A stretch of DNA of 64,000 nt from Marsupella aquatica. Taxonomy: Eukaryota; Plantae; Marchantiophyta. The stretch spans positions 4,885,079 to 4,949,078 of the forward strand of contig OZ316898.1 of assembly GCA_973895155.1 (NCBI GenBank), read 5' to 3'. The translations under genes and the position numbers were made by a program. Below, piece after piece: positions 13,562 to 26,190 of this stretch; the stretch's first letter is position 1, and each line of letters starts with the position of its first letter. Below the pieces are notes generated by a model that saw only the letters and a program-made list of their open reading frames with translations, had not been told where the DNA came from and searched no databases.

Positions 13562-13611
13562 GAATCTTGGTTTCAAGAAGACATCATTCAATCTTCTTGA
13601 AACCAAGATTC
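13562..13611. repeat. Perfect 20-bp inverted repeat with a 10-nt loop
   Basis: GAATCTTGGTTTCAAGAAGA (13562-13581), loop CATCATTCAA, then TCTTCTTGAAACCAAGATTC (13592-13611). Confidence 0.95.
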
Positions 13612-15320
13612 TGTGTGCCAAATAAATATTGTGTGACCAAGTTACAGTAACTTAGATGTCAGCTATGTTTCTTTCAGTGTGATGCTTTAGCTAACTGACA
13701 AGTTTGTCAAACCCACCACCCTCAGTTGCTACGTGCCAAGTCTATCTGGTTTGCATCAAGATGAACCTTAAACCCCCAAACTTTCTTTCCTTTATTTTTA
13801 GGGTTTTTGGTAGACCCCCACACAATACCAAGTTGGGCCCTCTTTAATGGTTGTGTTTGAGTTGGCAACTAGTTGAATTACTGAGATCAATTTGCCATAG
13901 CTTGGGCTTAGAGAGCCACTGGCCATGACAGAAACTTGGTTACACCAGATTTCACTATTTTTAGTACTTTTTCCTAAATTGTGAAGCAAAGTCTCACCCC
14001 AGAGGAAAGGAATGTGAAAAAGGGAAAAGTATTGAACACTTCTTGTTTTACATGGCCAGTGGTGGTTTAAGGTAAAGCCAAGCCGCCTCCCTGCTATGGC
14101 GGAGCAGCACAGCAGCTTGATGGCCATGGCAAAACAAGCCATGGGGGACTCAATCTTCAGGTCAAAAATCTAACATGTTTGGTCCTTCTATCTTCTTTGG
14201 TTAGTAATTTCAGTCTTTGCATGTTGCCGGAGCGCAACAAGCTCTAATGTGTGCAAGTCGAAAAATGTCATTCACTTAGACCTGCCTAGGCACCAGATTT
14301 TGCTCCAGCCAGTCTCCAGTTCAAATCTTGTTGCATGCTTCATAGGCGCTTGGTAGTTGATAGGAACAATATGTAGGGTTAGCCGGGTTATTAGCAGAAG
14401 GTCAGCGAATACTTCAAAATTTCGGGAACACCCCAAATCTTACTTTACAAATAACCAATTAAAATAATTATTGTTTAAGGTACAGCCTTCCTAGGAAGTA
14501 GATGCCCAGCTGCACCTCAGACCCCGAAGGACTAGGTCATTTCAATTAAAAAAATGTAGATTCTCTGACAACAAAAAATATATCTGAGTGCAAACTGGTG
14601 AATTTTGTGGTCTATCTGGGCATCTTGTCAAACATTATGGGTTCCAACTAATACTAACTCCAGTATGTTTTCTGGTTACTTTGTTACTTTGTTTATTTAT
14701 TTATTTCATAATTAAGATGTTCTTTTTTAAACTTGGTTGTGGTGTCGTTGACTGTTTCACTGCTCTTTGTGTTTAGCCATATTGCGACAAGAATCCTTTA
14801 TCCAACTGGCTAGTATGTGGGTGCCCACCAAACCAAGTAATAATAAATTCAGCTTTGATTCCGAGCAGGGTGAAAAGAGGGATGTAATTAGGACCGAATT
14901 TGTCTTTTGTGTGTTTTGAGAGAGGGTGAAACCAAACACACTGGTAGAATCACAGTAAAATTGTGCCTATTATTGTAACTTGTGTTCCTTTCCTGCATTG
15001 ATTGGAGAAAAAGAAGGAATAATGAAAGCCCCCATTTCTGAATTATTTCCGTCTTTTGGAGCCTTGCTGCAAGATCAGGGCCCAGCCAAAAAGATGCTGG
15101 CCATGTTTTGCGGGCCACAAGGGAAGGAGGTCCTCAGAACAAAAAGAAGGACCAACCACATCCCCTTGGGACATAGCCTGAGGATCCCAGCTTTAGCTCA
15201 GGTCCACAGTTCTCCACCAGTCCCCTCAACCTGGGGCTTGTCCCCACCCGGAAACCTTAGATCATAGGCTCCTGCTTGTAGCTGTCCATGAATTATTAGT
15301 TACTAGACTAGCCCTAATAC

Positions 15321-15387
15321 CTATGCTTGTGCGAAGGAAGGCTCCCGTACCAAGACTCCCCACGTTTGTTCCAACCCATAAGCATAG
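15321..15387. mobile_element. Short MITE-like dispersed repeat (related copies at about 5058-5130 and 38666-38752)
   Basis: Imperfect 11-bp terminal inverted repeat CTATGCTTGTG / CATAAGCATAG. All three copies share a GGA(A/G)GG(G)CTCCC-type core and the right end AA(G/A)CA(T/C)AGTCTAA. Confidence 0.45.
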
Positions 15388-18300
15388 TCTAAAATTGAAA
15401 TTCTCTAACCAGAGAAATTAGGGCCTATCGCTTCACTTTGTAGAGTAAGTACACACAGTCTGAATGTCAAAATAAATGTTACCAGATGCTTCCTATGTAA
15501 CTGACAAATGCATGTCAGGATGGAACCACATTGCTGTCCATGTGTAATTCTAGGGGATTGTTAAAGTATTTGGATCAAGGGTCCAGAGCTTGTACACGCT
15601 GCCTATATAGTTGGGAGACTTGGTTGCGCAAGATTGGGATACGGACTCATGCTCTGTAGTAATTTTAGCAATGAATGTATCCTTGGTCACCCAAGTTTGG
15701 ATAATGTTAGCAACTCAGGGGTCTTAATTTTGCAAAAACTGCACATCACTTGTGATAAATAATAATGTCAATTATTAATTCTTTGGAAAAAAGATCAAAA
15801 CATTTTGTGGAAGAAAATTAGTATTTTAAAAATCAAATTTTGAGTATTGTAATGAAAATACAGGGGTTTAAAACCAATTCTTTGTATATTCCACAAACTG
15901 GGGTAAATACTAACCTTTTTCTTATGTTTTTGGGTACTCTAGATTAGAAAAGGTAGCAGTGATGAGGGGCTCCATATACTTAGTGAGACTCCTGAAACTA
16001 CCAGCAGACCAACTTTAGCATGGGGTCTATACTTTAGAAACAAGGGAAACCCCCACTAAGCTAAAAAAGCAAAAACTAAGAAGGAAATTTAAATATTTTT
16101 AGCTTCCAAATTATAAGGCAATGCCCTTGATTCATCTTTCATTTTTTCCACTCTAAAAAAATGTAAGAAACACTAGTATATTTCACAGTGCCCAAGAACA
16201 AGAACTGGGAGACAAGGTCGCACAGGCATAAGACCCATTAATTAAAGGGTGAGGAAACAAAGGAAACGTGGAGTTCAAAAAGCAAAAACTAAGAAGGAAC
16301 TTCTAATATTTTTACCAAATTAGGACGCAATGCCATGAATAATTGACTCATATTTCATTTTACTACTCTAAAATAATGTAAGAAAACACCGATTCCAGCA
16401 CCGGCACCTACACTACTAACGATGCCTACTGATGATTCCGCTTTGTCTTTTTGATACCTTTCTTTGGGTACCTTTTGTGCGCGGAGGGCCCTCACTCCCT
16501 GAGTCAAAAGTAATGCCTTTTTGTTTTCTTGGCTTGTCGGGCAGGAGGTGCGTGCCCGAGGGAGAGGCAAAATGGAAATCCACTTTTGGCTATGTCATTG
16601 CCAAAATTGAGCAAAATTATGAAGTTGCCCCTAACTAATACAATTACTCAGGAGTGCCAAACCAGCTGTTTTTTTTATGTAGACAGCTGCCGTGGGAATT
16701 TTCTATTCGTGACCTAGAAAACATGGTTTGAGATGGGTCACAACATGTGCCAGAAGGTCAACTCAACATCATAATCTTTTTTTTACCAATTGCTAATGAT
16801 CCTTGAAGGGCACTGATGCTTTTTTCTTGCATGGAATGTTTTTTTTGGACACTGGTGCACTGACCTGCCGAGTTAGTGACGGCCTCATTTTGCGGGAACC
16901 ATGGACTTTTGGTCCGTAACCCAGACCTCAGCAGTCCCATCACTAGAAACCACAGGGAAACAGCTCATTGAGAATCTCTACTATATGGTCCTTTTGGAAA
17001 GAGTAGGAAAATTTTGCAAGGAATTGGATGGCCAGAATGTGGGACTAAGATTGATTTTTTTTTGATTTTTTAATTTTTAAAAGGGAAATTTGTGAAACCC
17101 CACAGAAAGAGAAGAGTCAACCACATTAATTGAACCCAAGATCTATGAGTCTTTACTCAATTGAGCAAACACAAAGTATGCCTCTATGGGCAATGGGTGA
17201 GTAAGATTAATCCATGGGTGGCAGCTTTCTAACTAGAATAATTTTGGAGGCAAAGTTTCTCCCTATATTATCAAATTTCACAAAATTCTTGAGATAAACC
17301 AAACTAATTTTTACTCCAAAACTGTTTCATTAATTTGTCACTAAGGTCCGCACTTTAACAGTTTTACTCTAACTTGGTGAAAAACAGGAATGGAAAATCG
17401 GGACCACTAGGGCACCTCAAATACAATGAATGTTTGCTCGTGACCTTGTCCAGGAGTGTTGTGACCCAGGGCAGTGGAAACGGCTGGTCAAGCACCAAAT
17501 GTGAGACCCGACCAGTCACGCCCATGAATCATGACCAAAGTTGAGGGCCAAGTTCTACAAGGAAAGGCCCAATTTCAGTGTATGCATTGAGTCACTTTGC
17601 AATTTTCACACACTGTCCCAACCTCTTTCAAATCTGAGAGCCCAAAATAGAGCCCAAAACTATCACTTCCTGGCTATGCCCACTTTAGGTGCGCCCGAGT
17701 GTAACTGCCAGTGAAATGTTTGTTTCTTTTTCAATATTTGAAACGCCCCTACTGGTGGGGTGCCTGCCTGACCGTCTAGGGCAGGTCCGGAAGCGCCAGG
17801 AAAGAAAGCAGATCGCGACGACGGGCGGATGTGTGCGTGCGCCTGTCTGTCAGCGTCTAGTTAGTCGAGAAGCTATCGCCTCTCGGGCAGGGCGGTGCCC
17901 CGGAGACGATTCTTGTATGCCCAAGGCAAGAGCTGCCCTTTTCGAGTCGCCACCCGTCGGGCAGAGGACGGTGCCCCGGAATAGCGACGTCGGACAGGAA
18001 CAGAAGTGGCAGTACGGGAGTAAACGAAGTCCGTGTACTACTGTAGTGCAATCCCGGTGCGAGTATGAATTGCGCAAAGATATTAAATTATGTTTTATTC
18101 GAGCTAACTAGCCCGAGTGCCCATAAATAGAGGCCATACCATTTACCCTTTTTTTTTTTTCCTTGAAAGAAGCATTTTACTTGTAAAGAAAAGTAAAACC
18201 CAATAAAATTAGGGAGTCATAGGCCTGAACCAAGAAAGGAACAAAGGCCAGAATACACACCAAGACCAAACACATTTGGCCAAGAGGGAAAGGGAACACG

Positions 18301-19472
18301 ATTAAACTAGCAGGGAATGAACCTGAGTGACCCACTAAGCAGCTAAAGCAAAGATGAGGCCAACTCAGGCTGGAGAACAGGAAGAGATCCAGCCAATAAC
18401 AAAGATCTGAGCTTCTGTAAACAAGAAAAAATCCAACTAATGGATTAACTGATTGCCACAGAAAAACCAAAATAATCTAAACTATTCAACCATAACATTT
18501 AACCTTAGTGTGCCATTTTCAGAGACTCATACTCCAGCCTGCCCAGTGAGACGTTTTTGGTGGATTGAAATAAGACCAAAAAACGGTTTTTGTAGTGAAG
18601 GCTCAGGGTTTCAGATGACATTTGGTGGACAGACTGACCTAAAATGGGTGGCATTAGATGTTCCGGTGTTGAATCTAGTTAACAATGCCAAAGCATTATT
18701 CTCAGGTTTTGGATTTTTAGCTGAAAAATGGAATGGACATTGAAAAGTCACCTTTTACGTCAAGATGTTTAGAACAGTCTTAACATTACATCTTTGAGAC
18801 TTCACTCTAAAATAGTTCGTCAGATTGATAATAATAATTTTTCTTCAGTAAATAAGGCAAGGTTTCAATTTAAACCCTGGTTTCTAATTTAATATATATA
18901 TGAAAAGTCAATGTTCCAATACTCTTGATCTTTACATGACAATGACAATATTCTTCTAAGCTTTCACAGAAACCCAAACCCCCATGGACCTATACATTGC
19001 ACAACCCCATCCATGGCATAAGAAGCCCTTTTTGTACTCAGATGACACCTTTTCTTTGTAATTGAATCCATGCTTTTTCAGGCAGAAAGCAACCCAGGAC
19101 ATCCAAGTTGCAAGGTTCACAAGAGCAGCCTATCCAAGCATTACTTCCAAATAAGGTATCTCAAGAACCGCATAATATTTTACCAATCCGCCCAAAAATT
19201 AAAAAAAAAACACTTATTTATTTGTTACGCTAACCGAGGCGACACCAGGTGGCACGGCTCATGGGAGTACTCCATCCAAACATTACTTTCGAAGAAGGTT
19301 TCCAAGACGGTTTCCGAGAACCTCAGAATATTTCGTCAGTCTGCCCAAACTTTCAGTGCTTACTTTACATTTTACGCGAACCGAGATGGCACTAGGGGAC
19401 TGTAGTATACAGTAGTATAGTATGACAGACCAGAGTCGCGTACTCATCTCGTCTGCCAACCGATTGCTCATT

Positions 19473-19544
19473 GCTGCTCTCTTACTCATCGAAAAAGCTG
19501 CTCGCTTACTCATAAAAAAAGCAGCTCTCTTACTCATCGCAAAA
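19473..19544. repeat. 3 x 24-bp tandem repeat containing CTTACTCAT, upstream of the BAG gene
   Basis: GCTGCTCTCTTACTCATCGAAAAA / GCTGCTCGCTTACTCATAAAAAAA / GCAGCTCTCTTACTCATCGCAAAA. Confidence 0.9.
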
Positions 19545-19576
19545 GTTTTCAAGGACGAGTGTGAGGAAACGAGTTT

Positions 19577-19650
19577 GAGAGCCCACAAAGAGAGAGCCCA
19601 CAAAGAGAGAGCCCACAGAGAGAGCGAGAGAGCGAGAGAGAGAGAGAGAG
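19577..19650 (+). promoter_or_regulatory. Three GCCCAC (site II/TCP-type) motifs in 15-bp repeats followed by a GA tract; probable BAG proximal promoter or leader start
   Basis: GAGAGCCCACA(A/G)AG x3 then (GA)n. TGGGCY site II elements and GA tracts are common near plant transcription starts; function here is inferred. Confidence 0.4.
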
Positions 19651-20029
19651 TGTGAATGTGAAGGAAGGCCTTACTTCGGTTCGGCTGTCGTCGATCGATT
19701 CTCTAAAAGAGAAAGAGACGAGAGAGCGAGACAGGGAAATACGACCCAGAGAGGAGAGGAGGAGAAAAAGGGAGAGATTGGTGGAGCAGGGCCGGTGGGT
19801 GAATCTGGCTGGCTGGCTGGCGGGTGGAAGGAAGGAGGGAGGGGAGGCAGGGAGGGAGGAAATAGGGGAAGAGTGATTGATTGAAGTGATTGATTGCTGT
19901 CGCAGAAGTGGGGAGCACCCCACCAGCATGGAGAGAGGAGAAAAGCAAAGGCCTTTTTCTACTTCTGTGGTGGAGTGACAAGAGCAAAGCAAAGTAACGC
20001 ACAGATAGACGGGAAGGCTTCTTCCCTCG

Positions 20030-20064
20030 GGAGGAGGAGGAGGAGGAGAAGGAGGAGGAGGCAG

Positions 20065-20103
<39 letters not shown>
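20030..20103. repeat. (AGG)n plus (GA)18 microsatellites in the BAG 5' leader
   Basis: Read directly; GA run 20067-20103. Confidence 0.95.
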
Positions 20104-20105
<2 letters not shown>

Positions 20106-20499
20106 GAGAACTATCAGGAGTAGTTCGAGGAAGGGAGACACTACTATCGGAGCTTGTGCTTGCCGCTGAGAAGGAGGCGGAGGAGGAGGAGAGATTGGTG
20201 CACTAGAGTACAGTCGTAGAGAGCCAGCCGGAGCAGTAGCAGTAGCAGCGGTGGTGGAGGTGGAAACGAAGGGAACCGCCGGAAGAAAGAATGATGGAGA
20301 GGGTCATTGAAATGTGACGAATTTGGAGGGGAGATCGAGACTGGTTCGACATTGTGGACGCCTGGACAGGTCTTGAAGCCGGCAGGCAGGCAGGCAAGTA
20401 GCCAGACGAACGGACAGAACGGGAGACAGGAGGGCGGGCCTTGGAAGGAGCCTAGGCTGGAAATGATAAGAGTGCTGAGGTGTGGCAAAGGTGAGTGAA

Positions 20500-22300
20500 A
20501 TGAGTAAGAGTGGAGCGAAGGTGAGTGAAATGAGTAAGGGTGGAGCGAAAAGTGTGTTGACCGGTAGTGCGCGAAGAGTCGGTGAACGGGATGACAGTCC
20601 AATCGACTGGGAGTTGCGGCCCGGCGGAATGCTGGTCCAGAAAAGAGAGCTGGATGCACCTGCAGTGCAGGGGCCTCAGATCAAGGTCAAAGTTTCTCAC
20701 GGCCTTTTTGCCCATGAGATCACCATTTCTTCACAGGCCACATTTGGTTAGTTCTCAATCGAAAACTCCGTCACAATGTTGTCCTCCTCCCTCGACCTGC
20801 TTCACCTGCCAGAGAAATTATGTGTCCTCGTCATCGTGCACTCCCATCTTCTGATGCCTTATTGATTGTAGTACCATATCTTTTCTCACAAGTTTGGGAT
20901 ATGAGCATCCAAGTGCCTATGGACTCGAATGCTGAATTTTTGATTTGGTCTCATTTACCTGAGATGCGGATCTCTTCACTTCTTTTCAACACGGAATTAT
21001 GATATTGGTTTGTCTGAGCAATTTGTGCATTTGGTTACCGTCTCGGTGGGAATTGCCGCAATTTGCTTGATCGGTCACGACGAAAGTACAAAGCTGGAGC
21101 CAAAGACTCTTTGCTCGGTCTGATTGTAATTCGGGGCACCCTGGGGTCGGTAAATGGGTTCAGGGTTTAGTGCGCGTGGTGATTGTGTGCGATGCTTATT
21201 TCTGCAATGGGATGCAATTGTGATGCAGGCGACCTCAAGAAGCTTCTTGTCCAGGAGACCAGTTTACAGCCTAACGAGCAGCGGCTACTTTTCAGGGGAA
21301 AGCAAAAAGACGACTCTGAGTGGTTACATGTTGCGGGCGTGAAGGACAAAGCCAAGATAATTCTGGTCGAAGATCCAGCCAGTAGAGAACGAAGAGTAGA
21401 AGCGATGAGAAAACAAGAAGAAGTGGCCAAAGCTTGCAAAGCTGTGGGTGCGGTTCGTTCAGAAGTCGATAAGCTAGCCGGACAGGTCAGTAGAATTCAA
21501 TGGAATTCAATGAAGTTACGCCAATCCTTACCTCTCTTTCATGTTGTCGGTACGATGTCTTAGCTGTTGATTGTGGATATATGGAATTTCATCATCAGGA
21601 GTGTAGGTTTTGTGGTCAATGTCATTGGTTAAAACAGCCCTCTGCTTGAATTGTGCAGTTACCAGAATTAGAAGGGGATATTATGAATGGAACAGGAGTT
21701 GCAGAGAGCCAATTCAGTATTCTCACTGAGTTGCTAATGAGGCAGCTTTTAAAGCTGGATGGCATTGAAGCTGATGGAGAAGCCAAAGCCTTGCGTCGAA
21801 CGGAGGTATTCTTTTGTTATCTTCTTGGAGCTGTGAAGTAGTTTGTAGATACTTGAGCTCAAATGACTAAATCAAGGAGAGGATGTGCGTATTTTGCTTA
21901 CGAGTCTGGTCGAAGTGAACATACTCGGTCATTCTTTGAGTACACGATATACATTCTAGAAGTTCAGAGTGACTTCAAATGAATCCGTTGTGGAGTAGTA
22001 CAACCTAGCATGCATTGAAATGGTGTGTCTCATTGCGAAACAGTAGTCGGTATGGGCACGGTGTGATAAGACCTTGAGTGTACAATGTGGACCTTGTTTT
22101 GGTTGGAACAGGTTAAAAGGGTGCAAAGTCTTGTCGAAGCAGTGGATGGATTGAAAGTGCGCAACGCTAAGGTTCAAGAACCAGGTAGTTCAGTAGTAGT
22201 CACTACTCAATGGGAGACATTCGATAATGGGATGGGCAGCCTAACAGCACCCTCTCCGTCTTCAATTCCAACATTTACTGACTGGGAGAGGTTTGACTGA
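20500..22300 (+). CDS. BAG: BAG family molecular chaperone regulator (ubiquitin-like + BAG domain; BAG1-4 type), 4 exons, about 279 aa
   Basis: Exons 20500-20746, 21229-21485, 21659-21805, 22112-22300, all GT-AG and in phase. Motifs WELRPGGMLVQKR, ATFGDLKKLL, QRLLFRGK, LTELLMRQLLKLDGIEADGEAK, VKRVQ, VVTTQWETFD, TDWERFD. The start is ATG 20500 or the duplicated ATG 20530. Confidence 0.93.
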
Positions 22301-25300
22301 AGATAAACTTCTCCTCTTGTCCTCTCTCAATGAGATGTATTACCACTGGTTGTGTTGCGTCCGTCCGCTGTCAAATAATTTTTTCTTAAATGCGCCCCTT
22401 CATGAAGGGCCAATGTTAAAATGTTGTGGATTGTCCCAGTATCCACGCCCGGCTCCTTAGCTTTATTGCATGTACACATAATTCTTCCTGGTGTACTTTG
22501 GTGGCGATGTCGGCTTCACCACTTTCCTTATGTTGGGAGGTGTTTGAATAAAACCAATCAGGGTTGGAGTGATTAGAGAACTGAACTCAAGCGCGTAAAT
22601 TCTAAGCATTCCTCAGTTATGTTTGGCGCGAGATCTTCCATGGATAATTCTAGATACAGTGTAAACAAACTATGTCCTCCCTTGGCGAGGTTTGTCATCA
22701 ATAAAAATTGGTGCTATATCTAGAATCCTTCATGCCAGCTGCTGCTGTGTTTGTGCAGAGGTGTTATAGGCCTGACGCTTTAACCTTTTCAGATGGTAAC
22801 TGTTGTCGCCTAACCGTTTTGGGTTCTTGTTATGGAATGGGCTCCTCAGCGTAATGGTTGCAATTTTGCTGTTCTTTGATTCCTTATTGGGTTTCACCAG
22901 CAGAGCTGGGTTTGTATCTATGCAATTGTGCGAGACAAAGGGCAAGAGCACTGTCAAAGTTCTATAGGTGTTCTGGGGTGCACAGTTCTGATCTCACGCT
23001 GCCAAGATTAAGGTATATGAAGGATAATGTCTCCCTTCCAAGCCAATTTTGAAATGTCACTTTATCATCGACTGTCGCATTTGGTCGTCCGGTCTGAACA
23101 GGTTTAGTGAGCAAATTGGTATTTGTGCCAGAAGTCACCTTTGGCCCGCTGTCGTGCATATATTTGTACTTTTCTCGAAATTAATTGTTATACTTTTGCC
23201 AGCTATCGGATAGAAAAACAGTTGATACCTTCACGGTTATCCTTTAAAGGACATAGTTCTTAGCATTGTAGGGATGTTGTTTCTTTTGCTGCAGACCCTC
23301 CGTATATGGAGTTAAATAAACCAGCGTTCTAGTGTTGTGATATTCATGAAAACATACAGGATGCCTCTGTTGACGATAGTTGTCCTCATATCTCAATCCA
23401 TGGTGGACATCCATTGACATATATACTCCAATGTGGTACTGTTAATGGTCTTCTCTTCGGCTAAGATCTCTCACGGGGGTACATTCTGTAGTCATAGGTA
23501 GAGAAAACAAGCTTCTTGGATTTCTTCTGTTCGGTGGCTATGGTGATATTCTGGCAACTTGCATGCCTACTAGAGCCAATTATTACCACCGGTATGTCCT
23601 TTTATAGGTACTTTTCAACAATTTCCTGGCCAACGCCAGCCATCTTTTAGATAGGGAAACTTGTTACGTGACCAGTAGTATATTCAGTGCTTTTTTGTCA
23701 GCTTCTTCCCACGAGGCATTTCAAAGTTGAAGCTTCCCCCAAATAAGAAACAATTACAGAGGGGCCAGCTTAATTTATTGTATCATTTTGTCCGTGTAAC
23801 AGCATCTGCATTTTGTGTAACAAATGAATGACGTCCCCTCAAGTTTTCGGGTTGACTGTGAAGAGACGAAGTCAAGTTTTGACATTCCTCAAGTCAACAC
23901 CAAATTACTAAGAGGATCTCGAGCTTAAAGGTGAATGAACTCTAAACCCAAAATTGGGTTTAGCCTGTCATTTGGAGTTCTAGAAATTAGAAAATCTGGA
24001 AAAGATCAAGCAGATCAAGGATCTTGTGACATGTGTTAGAATCTGTAATGTAGATAGGAATAGAGGCAAGGATAGAGAGTCTCTCTCCTAGGCTGCCACT
24101 TCTACCAAATATGGTAGCCAAGGTCATGAACCTTGAGACTGACTGTCATTTATTTAGGGGGAGGGGCCACTGGAAGCCATCCTCCAAAATCCTCTTCTTT
24201 CTAGAACGTTACTATTGGAGATGCTCTAAATAACTAAGTACAAGATGGAGTTCTGAAACCAAAACTCCCCCATGGCATCCAATATGGTCCAAAACGCTTG
24301 GATTAACTTTTACAACCTGGATGAAATCTCAGCTATAGTTGAAATGTTCTCCGATAATGTTATTTATAATTATTTTTTATCTTATATTTTCTCATTTATA
24401 TATTTGCATTTGTGATTCCATTTAAATTGTATTCACAACTGTTGATGCTGGCGATCACCAAGCCTAATGGAGAGGACATTTTTCCCACGCCTATTGGGAG
24501 GACAACAATTGTGTACCAAACCAAGAATTGAAAATAGCACCCAGGGTTAAAAACTATTGTGTCCGAAAATCAAGATGCATAGAAATTCCTGCTATCTGGG
24601 AGGGGATGCCCTCTCAGTAGACTGCTAGAACTTGTCACAACGAAAATCAAGATTTTATTGAAAACCAACTAAGACGAGAACGTGCACGTTCTGTTGCTAA
24701 TTTTATGTAAAGTCAAGTTTGCACGAAAAGCCTGATCCAACGCCCAGGTTTATTTTGGTACAAACAATAAAACAGAAACTAGAAGACCTAAGGTTCAATT
24801 AAAGTCCCTCTATGTTTTGCACATCTATACAGCTGCAGCTGATTTCATTATTGTTTTCTGTGACTCTTCCTCTATCATTAGAAAATTAAGCTTGGATGAT
24901 GGCTTAGCTGTGAAGCCAGGATGGACTGGTGAAGTTGGGAGGCTCATTGGAAATATTTCTAAATGATTTGAATAACAATTTGTACAGTTCTGGTTGAAGT
25001 GTGACTTATAAATGGCCTCCTGACCATTTGCAGCCTGTTTAGGTTAGTTTACTTGGTGGTTAGTACTCATGCCCAAACTACTTATGGTGTCCTTCACAAA
25101 AGTGAAACATCCATTTTCAGTCTTACTTAAAGTATTTGACCATCTTTGTAATCATTGACATTGTTTGCAGCCTATTGATTAGTTTACCCAGTGGTACGTG
25201 GCTACTCATTGCCAAACTACTCAGGGTGTCACCAAGATATTAGAATAGTCCATTTTCAATTGATTCATGGTATTTGACCATGTCAGTGCTCAATGAGGGA

Positions 25301-26190
25301 AATTGAACAAATGATAGCACAAAATTCTCAGACTTTGTTAAGTAGATTGGACATCATAGAACATGTGGAAAACATTGAGCTTACGTAGAGATCCAAAAGC
25401 TATCCAATAAATGGATAAGTCTGCCAAAAGCCAATAAGTTACAGCTCGTTTGAGCACCTGGAAAAATTATGGCTTCATCCAGGAAAGTGAAATATTCTTC
25501 CCCAAAACACCTCAAAACCAGCCCTTCTGAGTTAGTCCCTTTCTCTGTTAACTGTAAACTTGGCAATGACAACTTGATGCAGTCCATGGAGGTAAGCCGG
25601 GGACAACATCTGGGTCCCTCCAGATTTCGTTTTCCTGTCATTATTAATACATTCCACTTTGCGTTTTCCAGTCACTATTAATACATTGTGGGTAGTTTTG
25701 TCATTAAATTCGTCTAGCCTACGCTGTCGGTCAATTGGGCCAATCTTCTCCACTCCAGCACTCAATAGTCAATCCTTTCGGCCTCTGCCTGCGCTTCTGG
25801 AAGGATTCTGCCATTCTGGCTGGAAGAAAGTAGTCAGAAAACCCAAGAACTCATCACGAATTGGAGTCGTGGAGGAAGCTTCTCTGGGTGCTCTCGCTGG
25901 TCAAGCAGAGGTGTGAAATGTGAGCCGAAGTCAACTTCCTGCACAATTGTTATTGGCAAAAGCCTGGTCCAATCTTCCAGCCCTTCCTGTCGTGCAGCAC
26001 AGGATTATCTTTCGGTACGATCTCGTTAGAGGGTCGAAGCGCTACTGCTCGTGGTGTGGAGTTTTCGATTCCTTGTTGGCCGCCTCTGCCCTCTGGGAGC
26101 TGCAGACAAACTTTGGAAGAGCTGAGAGCGCAAGACTAGAGAGGAGGAGGAGGAGGAGGAGGAGAGGGTTGTAAAGGAGTCTCAGGAAAG

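Noticed and set aside
17782-17812. CAGGTCCGGAAG resembling bacterial SRP RNA helix 8
   Set aside because: The following bases do not give the GAAGCAG complement at the right spacing; a 12-nt match is plausibly chance.
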